From Okamejei kenojei (Eukaryota), in the NCBI GenBank assembly GCA_035221665.1, contig CM069152.1:14198001-14262000 (forward strand): a stretch of 64,000 nucleotides of DNA, in the 5' to 3' direction. Each line of letters begins with the position of its first letter. The stretch's first letter is position 1. Below are positions 50,595-62,747 of this stretch, in pieces. The notes under the pieces are model-generated. The model was not told the origin of the DNA. It saw only the letters and a list, made by a program, of their open reading frames with translations, and ran no database searches. The position numbers and the translations under genes are program-made.

Positions 50595-52749
50595 GTTCTC
50601 CATATTATCTTGTTTTAGTTGACTTTGTTTTGTTCATTGCAACTAAATCAGGCACAGTCACATTATCCGAGTAATTTGCTTCAACAATTGCCTGTGGCTT
50701 AGAGGTATAAACCATCCAATTTTAAACCAGAGGAAAACAAGGGTTTGACTCACCATTGCTCACATAGTGGGTGCAGCCCATTGCAGACATAAAAATAATT
50801 TGATACCCATTGATTGGGACACATGACGATGGCTTTGCTGTGGACCTGCCTACCAATTGGACTCGGAAGGCAAATCAAAAAGATAAATAAATTCGCTATA
50901 CCAACAAGCAATTTGATTAGCAACCAGATCATCTGCTTTATTAATCTTGGTCCCGGGATAAGTACTCATCAGGATATTTACCACTACAAATCATTGCAGG
51001 AACCTACCTCATAACCATGCCACTCTATGTTTTAGTTCAAATGTTTATTAAAGTTTCCCCCCTCGACACCAAGAAAGGCGTCATTAGAAACGACACACAC
51101 AAATGGTTCCGGTTGAAGTATAAGAACATCAGTGCACGTGATGTTCTTGGCCAGATTGTTCTTGGTACATTCTTGGCAAGATTTCTCAGAATTTATTTCA
51201 GGTTGTTCCTGAGGTGGGTGCCAAGGAAGAGTTTCCATGCCATGTAATGAGAGCAGAGAGAGAGCTCTCTGTTCAGAAAGTTGGAGTGGTGCACCAACAT
51301 GTGCAGTGCATCACTGGTGCTGAAATACCAGCTAACCTTACGAGAGATAGCAAACATAGAAATAGCTCTTTACAGGTTGCTGTCTGCAATTGGTTAAAAG
51401 AAAATAAAGATTCTGAGAAGGAAAATTAACTCTAAAAATAAGCACACCCTGGTGGCGAAACTGCCACATCGACTGTTGAAGTTGAGATATTAATATTTTC
51501 CATCTCAAGACATTTTCCAAACCCATCAAACAGAATCAACAAGAACTGTAAATACAGTACCATCGTAATGATATGGTTACAGTACTGAGTCTGGGGTTCC
51601 ACACCACAAAAAAGAATGGTTGCATTCATGGTGAGGGAGTTACACATGGCTACTAAACTTGAGGAAGTTTCATCAATGCCCTACTGGAGTCTGCTAGGCT
51701 CTTTGCCCGAGTGACTCAGAAAGCTGAGATCTATACCCTGGTTCCTGACAGCAGCAAATAACATTTGCATCTGTTCATACGAAGCAAAGTAAAATAAACT
51801 ATCTGAACCAGAATTACTCAGAAGATTCACCTGACATCAGATCAATCTTCACCACTTAAAGACTAATCAAATTATGCTCTTTCCCAGTTAAAAATATTCT
51901 CTTGCAAAACTATGGTATCGTTCTCTATCTCTCATCAACCAGTTGCCACTACAAAAGTTTTTTCACATGTTTGTCAGTACAGGGTAGTTCTGCTAGAACT
52001 TGTTTTTTTCCATATGTCAAACTGAATATAAGAGGATTGATGAATTGGGGAACACCATTTGCACCGCACAGGCTGAATTGGTTATCACTCGCTTTCGATT
52101 AGGAACTAGAGAACCACTTAAATGTTATTTTCGAAATCGACAAGCAGAAAAAAACTGAGGAAAAAAATAAACTTGTTTCCATGTAACCACCCTGCAGTAA
52201 TCAGACACCATTCATTCCTGACATCAGAGTCAAGTAGTTTCACCACAGCTCTTCTATTGACACTTGTGCAATAGTGCTCCATTAAAACTAACATGCAGCA
52301 TTTAAGATGTTTTAGCTTTCAGTAACAAAACTGAACTTGCAGCTATTAAAAAGACCATCATTTTTTTAAAAATCCTGTGGGAAAAATAAGTTTGTTATTG
52401 AGAGTTAGGTAGATAGAGTGGAATACACTTCACTGCGATGATGTTTAGGTTTATTATTGCCACTGTATTGAGGTACAGTGAAAGTCTCTTTTGCAGGATA
52501 TCCAATCAAGTAAGATAATATTATATATAAATGCAATTGAGCCCAACTCAAGAACAACAGGTAGAAGAGAGATTTAAAAGGGGAGGTCGATAGTAGATTC
52601 TCCTGCAGGACAAGCATGCAAACAGTCACCTCACTCCAGCAATGTCCGCATCGCTGTATCCAAGTTCAGTTAATTAGCATGGCATACGGCTAACTTCATG
52701 ATCTTTTCATTTCTAACACCCAACCCCCTTATCCTGCATGGAGCATATA

Positions 52750-53220
52750 CGTTGGGAGGTCATACTGCAGTTATGTAAGACGTTGTTATTGAGGCCACAT
52801 TTAGAGTATTGTGTTCAGTTTTGGGCACCATATTATAGGAAAGATGTTGTCAGGCTAGAAAAGGTGCAGAGATGATTTACACTAATGTTACCAGGACTTG
52901 AGGGTCTGAGCTATCGGGAGATGTTGAGCAGAACTGGGAAGGCTAAGGTCACTGGGTGATCTTATAAAGGTGTAGATCGGGTAAAAGAACAGAGTATGGG
53001 AATCTAGAATCTAGAAGACATAGATTTAAGGTGAAGGGGGAAAGATGGGTGTATGGAATGAGCTGTTGGAGGAGGTAGTTGAGCCATGTATTATCGCAAC
53101 ATTTAGACAGGTACACGGATAGGACAGGTTTAGAGGGATATAGGCCAAATGGAGGTGGGTTGATACTAGTTTAAATGGGACATGTTGGCCGGTGTGGGTA
53201 AGTTGGGCCGAAGGACTCTA
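52750..53220 (+). mobile_element. CR1 3' fragment, degraded
   Basis: gaggccacatttagagtattgtgttcagttttgggcaccatattataggaaag ([13 protein letters not shown]). Confidence 0.88.
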
Positions 53221-54312
53221 CAACACAATCGTCTTTACGATACAATTTTTTATAATGCAAAGAATTACCGTGTTTTAGCAGACTAACTGTACCTAGTGTT
53301 ACAGCATTTTTCAGAGCAACGAGACCAGATAAAACAGTCTGTCTGTCTACCATTCAGTGTTCACGTCACCAAAAGAGGACTCTGCAGATCACCTGTCAAT
53401 GTTGCTATTATCAGCAGATATATCAACAATAAAAGGAGGTTAGAGCCAAAAATTAAAAGCCACGTTAAATTTGTGTCATTAATATAATATAAGTCCATGC
53501 TCCTATTGCAAAAAATCATGTCTGCAACTGTCAAAAACTAGAGAATGGTTTACAATCAACCTAAATGAAAACTGAAAACTATCAAAGCAAGTGAGATACA
53601 GCCTGATAATGGGACCTGATTCTCATATTTTATTATTTCTCAAGGCCAGATTGTCATACAGACATCAGAACAAGTCTAATGCCCTTGCTCAGCCCACACC
53701 TTCTCTTGCTGACACATCTATAGATACAGTGGAATACTCTAGGCTGCAGCGACTCAGCATCATCTTATCCAAGTTCAGTTACTAAACAGGGCATAGGGGT
53801 GATCTCAGGATCTTTCCATCTGTATTAATTAATATACCCCAGGGCCAACAGCCTTAACTTGCTGATTCAAATATACATCCATTCTTATTAATATCAAAGT
53901 AAGTCTTTCACCCCACTCTACATAAAACAAAGCACTCAGCAATCTAAGCAGACCAGTTCCCTTTCCGCTCGTCTCAAAATAAATTGGCATGTTGGCATAA
54001 ATTTTTATTTCCATCATATAGAAGCATAAAATTTAATTTATGAAACAAATTTTACTACTGGTAGTATCTATACCCTCTGTATCCAGTTAAATAAATAAAA
54101 GATAACGTTTGGTTAGAAACTTTTGGAATATTAGGGCCAGCTTCCATATCTTCTTACAACATTAGAGTCCAATTCAGCCCATCAATTCAATGGTTCCAAG
54201 ACAACTCGCAAAGCAATTCCTTACTAATTCACCCTAAAAGCCATTCTCTCCACTTTCCCCTCAGCTCCCACCATGTTCTAACACTCACCAACAGAAACTG
54301 TGAAGGTGCCAC

Positions 54313-54360
54313 TGAGCATTATGTTCACCAATACAGCTGTATTGGTGAACATAATGCTCA
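54313..54360. repeat. Perfect 48-bp palindrome
   Basis: tgagcattatgttcaccaatacag|ctgtattggtgaacataatgctca. Confidence 0.95.
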
Positions 54361-55072
54361 CTGAGAGTTCACAGCTCTCCCCTTCTTCATATTTTATTAC
54401 TTATTGCCCAAATCCCAATTTACTATATTTTAAGTAAAGTCAATAAGACAGGTTACAGGGTTACTTTTAATTATCCAGTGTATGCTAAATTAGTGCATCA
54501 GAAGTGCAAAGATAAAGTGCTTCAATAAACACTTCAGATTTTGCTCTGTGACTGCTCAAAAATCCTCCCTTTTGATCAGAAACCCTCGACAGAACCATTC
54601 CCTCACCACTGCTGTCTGAAAGCATTGTCCCCCTCATCCCTTTGTACCCCAATGCTCACGACCTCCATCACCACCTGCGCGTTGTAATTTAGTTTGTTAT
54701 TGTCACATGTACAGTGAAAAGCTTTTGTTTGCATACTATCGGTCAAAGACTCTACATGAACAAAAAGATTATGCGACTATACACGAATATACTTCATATC
54801 AACCCTGCAAAATAAATAGGCGAATACATCTCCTCACTGCAGCAGCTGACAACCTCCTTCACTCTTCTGCCCCGACTCTATTCCTCACAATAATCCACCT
54901 ACTCGTGTCGCCTCCACTCGCGAACACACCTCGCTACTTGTCCCAATTACTCCCACAGTCTCCCACCCAAACTCCTTCAGCCTTTCTACTTTCCCCATTA
55001 GATTTTTATGCCGCGCTACCCCCGTCCCCACACCCCGCTCCGGTTCCTCCCTTCCCTTCCCTTCCCCGGCAC

Positions 55073-55291
55073 CTTGTCTGAGTCCAGGTCCGGGTCGGCT
55101 TGGCACAGTCGGTAGAGGAATGACTTGGGATCGCGACACAGGGTCTGCCGGGTGCTCAGGAACCGGGTGCCGCCGACGTTCAGTCGGACCCACTTGGCAG
55201 TGGCCGCCAACTCCATGCCGGAGCATTTCGGACAAAAGGAATCACTGAAGCTCTCGGCGAAATCCGAGAGTGACCCGTTCCCCGCCGCCAT
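55073..55291 (-). CDS. KCTD5: KCTD5 exon 1 coding part (73 aa)
   Basis: Good Kozak context (agtATGG), in-frame stop 12 nt upstream, MAAGNG...[41 protein letters not shown], donor AAG|gtgccg. Confidence 0.95.
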
Positions 55292-55700
55292 ACTGGCGAC
55301 CGTTCACCAACCGCCAGCCTGCCCGCCTGCCCGCCCGCCACACCTCCCGGCACGCAGCGCGCCCACACGCCACACCTCCCGGCACGCAGCACGCCCACTC
55401 CCCAACGCGCTGCCGCGCTGTCGTGCCGCCCGCCCGCCCACACGCCACACCTCCCGGCACGCAGCGCGCCCACACGCCACGCCCACTCCCCAACGCGCTG
55501 CCGTGCCGCCCGCCCGCCCTCCCTCCCGGCACGCAGCGCGCCCACACGCCACACCTCCCGTCAGGCAGTGCGCCACTCCCCCCAACGCGCAGCCGTGCCG
55601 CCCGCCCGGCACACAGTGCGCCACACGCCCCACCTCCCGGCACGCAGCGCGCCCACACGCCCCACCTCCCGGCATACACCCCGCGCTGCATCCCCTTCCA
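55292..55700 (-). promoter_or_regulatory. CpG-island promoter/5' UTR of KCTD5 built from a GC-rich tandem repeat
   Basis: Very high GC and CpG content; about 8 copies of cacctcccggcacgcagcgcgcccacacgcc interleaved with cgcccactccccaacgcgctgccg units; Sp/KLF-like ccgccc and ccacgccc motifs. Confidence 0.75.
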
Positions 55701-55727
55701 TTTCAACCACATCTGAGAGGTTTGGAG

Positions 55728-55760
55728 CAAAGATCCTATAGCGGACTATAGGATCTTTTG
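55728..55760. mobile_element. 33-bp micro-MITE with perfect 8-bp TSD
   Basis: CAAAGATCCTATAG-cgga-CTATAGGATCTTTTG flanked by gtttggag at 55720-55727 and 55761-55768. Confidence 0.8.
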
Positions 55761-56117
55761 GTTTGGAGTTGGAGTTTGGTACAGGCTCCGGCTCCAAGCA
55801 CAAAACCAGGTAGTTCATGAAAATCATTAAAATAACTACAGATAATGGAAATCTGAAATAAAAAGAGAAAATTCAGTCAACCCGAATAGCTAACAGAGTG
55901 TTTCGAACTTTTGCCTGTTTTTACAACAGTTTACATTCTTCTTCTGTCGTGTCCATCTTCCACGATTCAAATGTTGATTATATTGCCTGTTTATCCAGTA
56001 ATGTCGATATTTCCAAAGTTTGTAAACTGTACACCCAGAGTAACTCAATCGTCAGGTAGCATCTCTAGAGGACATGGATAGGTGATGTTTCACATTCCCA
56101 AAATCCACAAGCAGAAC

Positions 56118-56148
56118 CAAAGATCCTATAGCGGAGCTATGGTCCTTG
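56118..56148. mobile_element. Second copy of the CAAAGATCCTATAGCGGA terminus, probably the end of a longer related element
   Basis: 18-nt identity with 55728-55745; no TSD visible. Confidence 0.55.
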
Positions 56149-56443
56149 GAGCTACGGAGCCGGGTTTATGGCCCCGTGTGTCCGCGGCCCATAGCCCCGG
56201 CCCTGTGTGTGGGCACTGCCAACCCACAGTCCATGACAGTGCAGCCGCACAGGAGAAGACGGGGTAGAGGGCGGCTGTGGCCGGACAGTGCTGACCCTGG
56301 GTGGAGAGTGGGGGCTATCCTGAATGATCCGCTCCTTCGGCCGCTTACACCTTCGTGCTCAGGCTCGGAGCGCTCAGTCAACCCCCCCCCCCCCCCCCCC
56401 CCCCCAGCCCCTGGCAGTCATGGACCGTGACTTGCCCTCAATC

Positions 56444-57084
56444 CTCGAAAAGATCATCCACACATTTATCACCTCCCGCCTAGATTACTGCAACTCCCTC
56501 TACACTGGCATCAGCCAATCTTCTCTGTCCCGCCTGCAACATGTCCAAAACGCCGCAGCGAGACTCCTGACGGGCACCCGAAAAAGGGACCACATCACCT
56601 CGATGCTGGCCTCTCTCCACTGGCTCCCTGTGCGGTTCCGAATAAATTTCAAGATCCTCCTATATGTCTACAAAGCCCTTAATGGGCTTGTCCCCACCTA
56701 CATCAAAAGTCTGCTTACCCACCACACCACCTCCAGGTCCGTCAGATCGGCCGACTTGGGGTTACTGAACATCCCGCGGTCTAGGCATAAACTCAGGGGC
56801 GACCGCGCCTTTGCGGTTGCAGCTCCTAGACTGTGGAACGGCATCCCTCTTCCCATCAGAACTGCCCCCTCCATCGACTCCTTTAAGTCGAGACTTAAAA
56901 CTCATCTCTGCTCCCAAGCCTTTCTTGACGTCCTCTGAGTGAGGGCTATATGTATGTAGTGATGTTTGTATTTAATCTATGAACCACTGTTGTATAACGT
57001 TAGTACCTCCACCAATGTAAAGCACTTTGGCCAACGAGAGTTGTTTTTTAAATGTGCTATATCAATAAAAGTGACTTGACTTGA
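56444..57084 (+). mobile_element. Young 5'-truncated L2-clade LINE with TSD
   Basis: Uninterrupted LEKIIHTFITSRLDYCNSL...LQHVQNAAARLLT...LHWLPVRFRINFKI...RAFAVAAPRLWN...FKSRLKTHL to stop at 56938; AATAAA, (gactt)n tail; TSD ctcaatc at 56437-56443 and 57085-57091. Confidence 0.93.
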
Positions 57085-57449
57085 CTCAATCTGCTGGCAC
57101 GCTGCTCTTTCGCAAGTCAGTGAGCAGCAATGATTTTTAGCGGTTTTCTCTCACGGTTATCCCTATTTCCACAATTTTTGACACCACAAAAATTGACCAT
57201 TTTGGCGTTTTTTAACAGGTAAGAACGCACGTGTTTAGTTTGTTACCACTGTATGCCGGAAGCTGCCTTGTACTCCAGAAGGATTGAACTAATCCGTGCG
57301 TTGCGCCCTTTGACCTTATGACCTTACTTGCAACCTCCCTATTATTTTTGCCTGCTCCTGCCCCAGCCCCACTGATCTCCAAATACCTTGATTCTATTTA
57401 TCAGCCCCTTCTGATTAGGAGAAGATTATTCAATATCCCTTATGCCTCC

Positions 57450-57600
57450 CGTGTTTTCAAGAGAGAGTTAGATTTAGCTCTTAGGGCTAACGGAATCAAG
57501 GGATATGGGGAAAAAGCAGGAACGAGGTATTGATTTTGGATGATCAGCCATGATCATATTGAATGGCGGTGCTGGCTCGAAGGGCCGAATTCCTGCACCC
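57450..57600 (+). mobile_element. CR1 3' end
   Basis: ttttcaagagagagttagatttagctcttagggctaacggaatcaagggatatgggg...gatgatcagccatgatc. Confidence 0.85.
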
Positions 57601-59885
57601 CCCCCCCCCCTTTTTTTTGCCTTTAACACATTTCCCTTTTATTGTCAAAACAATAGGTTTAGAGGACAGCAGAGATTGAAATATCACTGACCTCTCCCAA
57701 ATACTGTTTCCTTGCTTTTTTAACAGTGGGATATATTTCATCTGAGCCTGATTGCTTAACCAATTTCAAAGATGCAAAATCCCTTAATGCCGCTTTTATT
57801 GCCTTTATTCCATTTATTCCTCCAAAATGTCATGTTAACTGCAACATCGGCCCATTGACCTCCACATTTCTTGCAGAGTTTTTCTCCATGCAGAGTATAA
57901 AATTTTTCTGAATGTGGTTTAGAAATTCTGTGCTCAATTGCACCCACTGTTTTCCAGTTAATATTCTGTGAATTGAAATCCTCCATTATTTCTGCTCGGC
58001 TGCTTTTTGCATTTGGCAGAAATCCATTGACACATTTTCTCCAATGTTTTGATGGATTGTAAGGGATCCTTAGTTTACCCCCAACAGAGCGAATACTGCT
58101 TTTTTGTTCTTTTGTTCAATATATACTGCATGATCTCCTGTGATGATTCTTCTAACATATCATCACTTCTCACAGCTCTGATTGTTTCATTTTTAATCAA
58201 TGTTTCCACCTCCTTCCTTTTTTTAATCTCCTTCGAACTCAGCTGAAGAATCTGTAACTAGGAATGTTAAGCTGCCAATGTAGCCCCTCTTTATGTCATG
58301 TCTCCAGAATAGCTAGAATGTTGTATTTGCATGTGTCTATCAGCGCCCTCAACCCATCAGCACACACAGAGTAAGGCAACAACTATGGAAAGAAGAAATG
58401 TTAATGTTTCATGTCTGGGACCCTTCATCTGAACTGGAAACAAGTTTCAGAAGGGGTTGGGTAAAATAAAGGTAATATCTCTGACAAAGTGAGACCATCT
58501 GACTAAATGTAGCGGTTCAATAGCAGGGAAAAGCTGATTAAATTCTTTGTGTGGCATATTGCTAATGGCAAGAGGCATAATGATGATGCAGGAATGGCCG
58601 GTTCTGTCAGAGATGGAAATGAATAATCAATTCATCTGCCTCATTTACTATATTCCTTGCATTCATATGCCATTGAGTACTGAAAGATTGGCTTGGTCGT
58701 TTTGTAACAATTGTTTTCCCTACCTTTCAACTCATTATTTTTTGTTGCTTGCAAGGCTCAGACCTTCAAACAATGGTGAATTTACACGAAAGCTAGCCCT
58801 TACCCGTGGTTTAGTTGGGGAGTTTTCTACAGGTGTCATAACTGAGAAAACACTCCCCAACTAAACTAAACCAAATATGAAACAACAAATAAAAAAATTA
58901 CGTGCCCCACTTTGGCTTGCCACTTTCTTCAAACCCTTCACATTCATTGAGTTGAATTATAGATCACACTATGCTAGATGTACAAAAATTGACCATTTTG
59001 AACCACCTCATCCAGGCCAACCAAGGTCTCTACGAGAAACATCACCTATTCCTTCTCTCCAGAGATGCTTCCTGTCCGGCTGATATACTCCAGGATTTTG
59101 TGTCCATCTTCATAATACGAAACTATTCCCATTTGTCTGCATTAGGCCATCCCTATCTGCCTAAGTGCTTTTGCAACATTGCAATATGTAACTGTCTCCA
59201 CCAACTGCTCCGGCAGCTTGTTCCCGATATTCAGCACTCTATATGAAAAACGTACCTATTAGATCTCCTTTACATTTCTTCCCTTTCACAAACTTGTGCC
59301 CTCAAATTCTAGGCACCCTTCCCTAGGTGCACGATAATACATACATTTGCATAGATTTCGGATCCACCATCATTAAATCTTTATGGGTTTTTTTGTTAGA
59401 GCTGCAGAATGGCGTAAACATGTTGAACTGAGGCTACTTCTTGATCACTTTGATCTACTCGGTAAGATAGATGATGAGTTCTGCTGCAAACTCAGGTGAC
59501 CCAGTTCAGAACTGAAGTATCCGAGGCTTCCGACTTCAGAGGGTGTATTGCCTTTCAGAAATTCTGTAAACTGTTCTAATGTTGGGAAAAGAAAAAAACA
59601 ACAAACCATTTGACAGATGACATCATTTTCTTTCTCATATCCATTTTCTGAGAGATTGCAAAGAGGCCTCACTTAAATCCCCATGCATTTCCCAGCATAA
59701 ACCAGCAATATGAATGAGATATTTTTAAAGGAAACAGAATCAAAGCCAGGTTTTTATCACCATATATAAGAGTCAGTGAGCAAGTACATATGTCATCTCT
59801 GATCAGGGAAGTAGACTTCAGGTCATGGAACAGCTAGCTTTATCATGTACTTTGTAGATTCCACACTCAACTATATAATTTATTG

Positions 59886-60111
59886 CAAGGGTTACCAACC
59901 TGGGGTAAATTTACCCCCAGGGGTAGATTTTGCCTACCCAGAGGGTAAATTTGTTGATTTTGGATTTGTACATATTGTTTCTCATTAACTGATCGTGTGG
60001 GTATACCGGTATCTGTTCATCATTAGTTGTTCATAAATAAGTGAAATAACATTGTTTTGTGCTATTAAAGCTGCCTGGGGTAAACGGGACGAAAAAGGTT
60101 GGGAACCCCTG
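59886..60111. mobile_element. hAT (Charlie-like) MITE, 226 bp
   Basis: TIRs caagggttaccaacct / aggttgggaacccctg, subterminal ggggtaaa repeats, degenerate 8-bp TSD atttattg / aattatag (6/8). Confidence 0.8.
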
Positions 60112-60630
60112 AATTATAGGCTGTTACTTCACTTCTTCCATCCTTGTTCTCACTATCTTAGATTGAGAATAGACCAGACAACTGGATTGTCATATGTTCC
60201 GGGCTTGTTTGTCTATTGTAATGACCAAATTTTTTAATCACACTATTGAATTTTCTGATTCTTTTATGTTACCTAAGAGTATTATGTTTACAAGCTTGTT
60301 ATTCTGCTGCAAGTAAGAATTTAATTTTTCCATTGTCAGTACATATGATGATTAAACAGTCTTGACCCTTGACGTGCAGTAACTCTCAGATTAGTTTTTT
60401 TAAATTCCATGTATGAGAGGTTTTTTTTTGCTGCAGTAGCTCTTTTATAAATGACCCAATGTTTTATTTAAAACGCTCACCAATTGTACCATTGCCCACA
60501 CAATCTTGTAAATAATGACCTCCTGTTCTTTATATTTTAGTTGTTAATTCTGTTTGTTCCAAAAGCTGAGGTGGAATTTTTAAACAATACTTGCAAACCA
60601 CTGCGTAGGTGGCCAAAGCCCAATTGTCGA

Positions 60631-61612
60631 TTTTTCTTTTTTCTTTTTTTCTTTATTTTTATTAGAAGCAATTGTACAGGGATAAGACGATCGGCTTAAC
60701 AATTGTGCAATTATTGTACACCTTCATTTTTAACCTTATAACCTAAATTTAAAAAAAGAAAGAAAAACGAAAAAGAGAAAGGAAAAGAAGGAAAGAAGAA
60801 AAAAAAAAGAATGAAGAGGTGAAATAGAAAAGAGCAGGAAAAAGACCCCTGAGCTACCAAAGAAGTGCAGAAGAGAGAAAAGGAAATAGGAAAAGAAAAG
60901 ATGGAGATATACCTCCCCCCCACCCATCATGGCATCGGATTTAAATTTAAATTTGTGTTTAACCATTCTGTTGTTGTAAAAATTCAGTAACGGGTATCCA
61001 TGTCTTAAGAAATTGATCTGGTTTTTCCTCCAAGACAAGCCTAGTGTTTTCCAAATGTAGTGTCTCGGACATATCTGTAATCCACATCTTCACTGTGGGG
61101 ACTTGTCTGTTTCCAAAATTTAAGTATTAATTTTTTCGCCATTATTAGGCCGTAATTGAGGAAACGTCTTTGAAATATCGTTAGCTTAGAGCAGGCCTCT
61201 GACATACCTAATATGATCAGTTTTATATCTGGGTCCAATTTAATTTTAAGTATTTTGGAAAAGGTATCAAATATTCCCCTCCAGAAGTTTTGTAACTTTG
61301 TACAGGAAGCAAAAGAATGGGTTGTAGTCGCTTCATGGAGGAGACATTTATCACAAATAGGAGAGACATTTGGGAAGATCTTGTTCAATTTGGACTTTGA
61401 ATAGTAGAGTCTGTGCAGTATTTTATATTGTATCAGGGAGTGCCTAACATTAAGAGAGCAGTAATGTCTTTATAAAAGGCTTTCCACCCAACTATCCTTT
61501 GCGATTAGTAAACCCAATTCCTCTTCCCATGCTCGCCTAAGCGTTTCAGAAGATGGGATATGTGCAGTTAAAAGTTAAATGTAGGATATTAACTTACTTG
61601 TATCCGCCTTTC
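60631..61612 (-). mobile_element. L1-clade LINE 3' ~1 kb
   Basis: Minus ORF LNKIFPNVSPICDKCLLHEATTTHSFASCTKLQNFW (CCHC knuckle), AKKLILKFWK; A-rich tail at 60631-60660. Confidence 0.88.
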
Positions 61613-62054
61613 TATTCATGCATTTGTCCAATATATCTGGGCCCATAGAATGACAGTCTTGTGTGTGTGTTTTCACATAGTCTCAGAGACTTGATTTCAA
61701 CTGTTTCCAAATTTTCGATTTTTCTAAAAGCCGCTGAGCTTGTTAATTTTGATATAACAATAAGCGAGTTCGGTATTCCAAAAAAAACGCAAGGGATCAT
61801 GGGATTTGTCAAAGGTCATTCGTGATAAAGGAAAAGCGAACGAAGTGCTGGCTGTATAAACTGTGTATAAATTGTTAAGTATTCTACCAATGAATTAAAC
61901 TAGAATTCTGTCAACTCTATAGCGGACAGGCGTCACTCTTTTATGAACATTAATTAGATTTTATTTCTATCTCACTTCACAAACCCACCCTCTGGAATTC
62001 TGCAGAACCTCTCCCGGCAGCGTAGGAGGACATTCTCTCTCTCTCCAAGGGGGT

Positions 62055-62557
62055 TAACCGACAGCCACTGGATAAGGCGAGAGGTGCAGCTGAGGGTTCC
62101 CGGCCCCATCGGGGAACGGGTTCCTCGAGAGTTGGAGCAGTTGAGCTGGAGTTAGCGCTGGCTGTAAGCCTGGGCCGCCACTGCTCCAAGCCGGTGTCTC
62201 GTCACCACGGACATTTCCGGCCGCCCCCGGACAGGATGGGACACTCGGAAGGGGATGGGGACAGTAGTGAGACTCCGTTCACAAATTTGCCTCCTGGGGT
62301 TATGCAGGAGAAGGGTGTGTGGTTCACCCCTGTATAATAACCGACAGCTACTGGATAAAGCAAGATAACCGACAGCTACGGTCCCTGGCCCATCGGGGAA
62401 CGGGTTCCTCGGAAGTTGGAGCAGAGTTGAGCAGGAGTTAGCGCTTCTCCACACTGGATGTAAGCCCGGGGCCGCCACTGTTCCGGGCTGGTGTCCCATC
62501 TCCGGCCACCCCCGGACAGGATGGGAAACTTGGAAGGTAGTGAGATCACCCGTTCAT
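62055..62557. repeat. Diverged GC-rich tandem duplication (period ~283 bp)
   Basis: taaccgacagc.actggataa, ccatcggggaacgggttcctcg and cccccggacaggatggga all occur in both 62055-62282 and 62338-62557. Confidence 0.85.
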
Positions 62558-62747
62558 GCTTGTTCTACATTATCTAACTCCAGTAGCAATTCAACAGCGC
62601 TTGCAGCGCCGGGGACCCGGGTTCGATCCTGACGACGGATGAAACGCAGGTATGTATACACGCAGCAGCTCAGCTGCCGAGAATGTTTATCTCAAGTGAC
62701 CTATGACCTGGGCATGCGCAGTTGAAATAACAAACTCGCTTATTCAG

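Larger units (their letters stand above)
10331..55291 (-). other. KCTD5: KCTD5 gene coding span (6 constitutive coding exons, 672 nt, 223 aa)
   Basis: Spliced translation gives the BTB domain KWVRLNVGG...[19 protein letters not shown] and C-terminal [29 protein letters not shown]...[24 protein letters not shown] and HNTPYGT..EPSEKAK match KCTD5 rather than KCTD2/17 (from memory). Confidence 0.93.

Noticed and set aside
51442-51455. CTCF-like motif CCACCAGGGTGTGC on the minus strand
   Set aside because: Single imperfect match expected by chance in 64 kb; needs ChIP data.
52630-53830. Two similar ~80-bp segments (tatccaagttcagtta) 1.1 kb apart
   Set aside because: Probably old dispersed SINE fragments rather than a functional duplication.
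55321-55690. Repeat-spacer pattern as a CRISPR-like array
   Set aside because: Intervening segments are themselves repeats, the context is a vertebrate CpG island, and there are no cas genes.
55125-55827. Multiple long Pro/Arg/Gly-rich ORFs on both strands
   Set aside because: Arise from the stop-poor GC tandem repeat.
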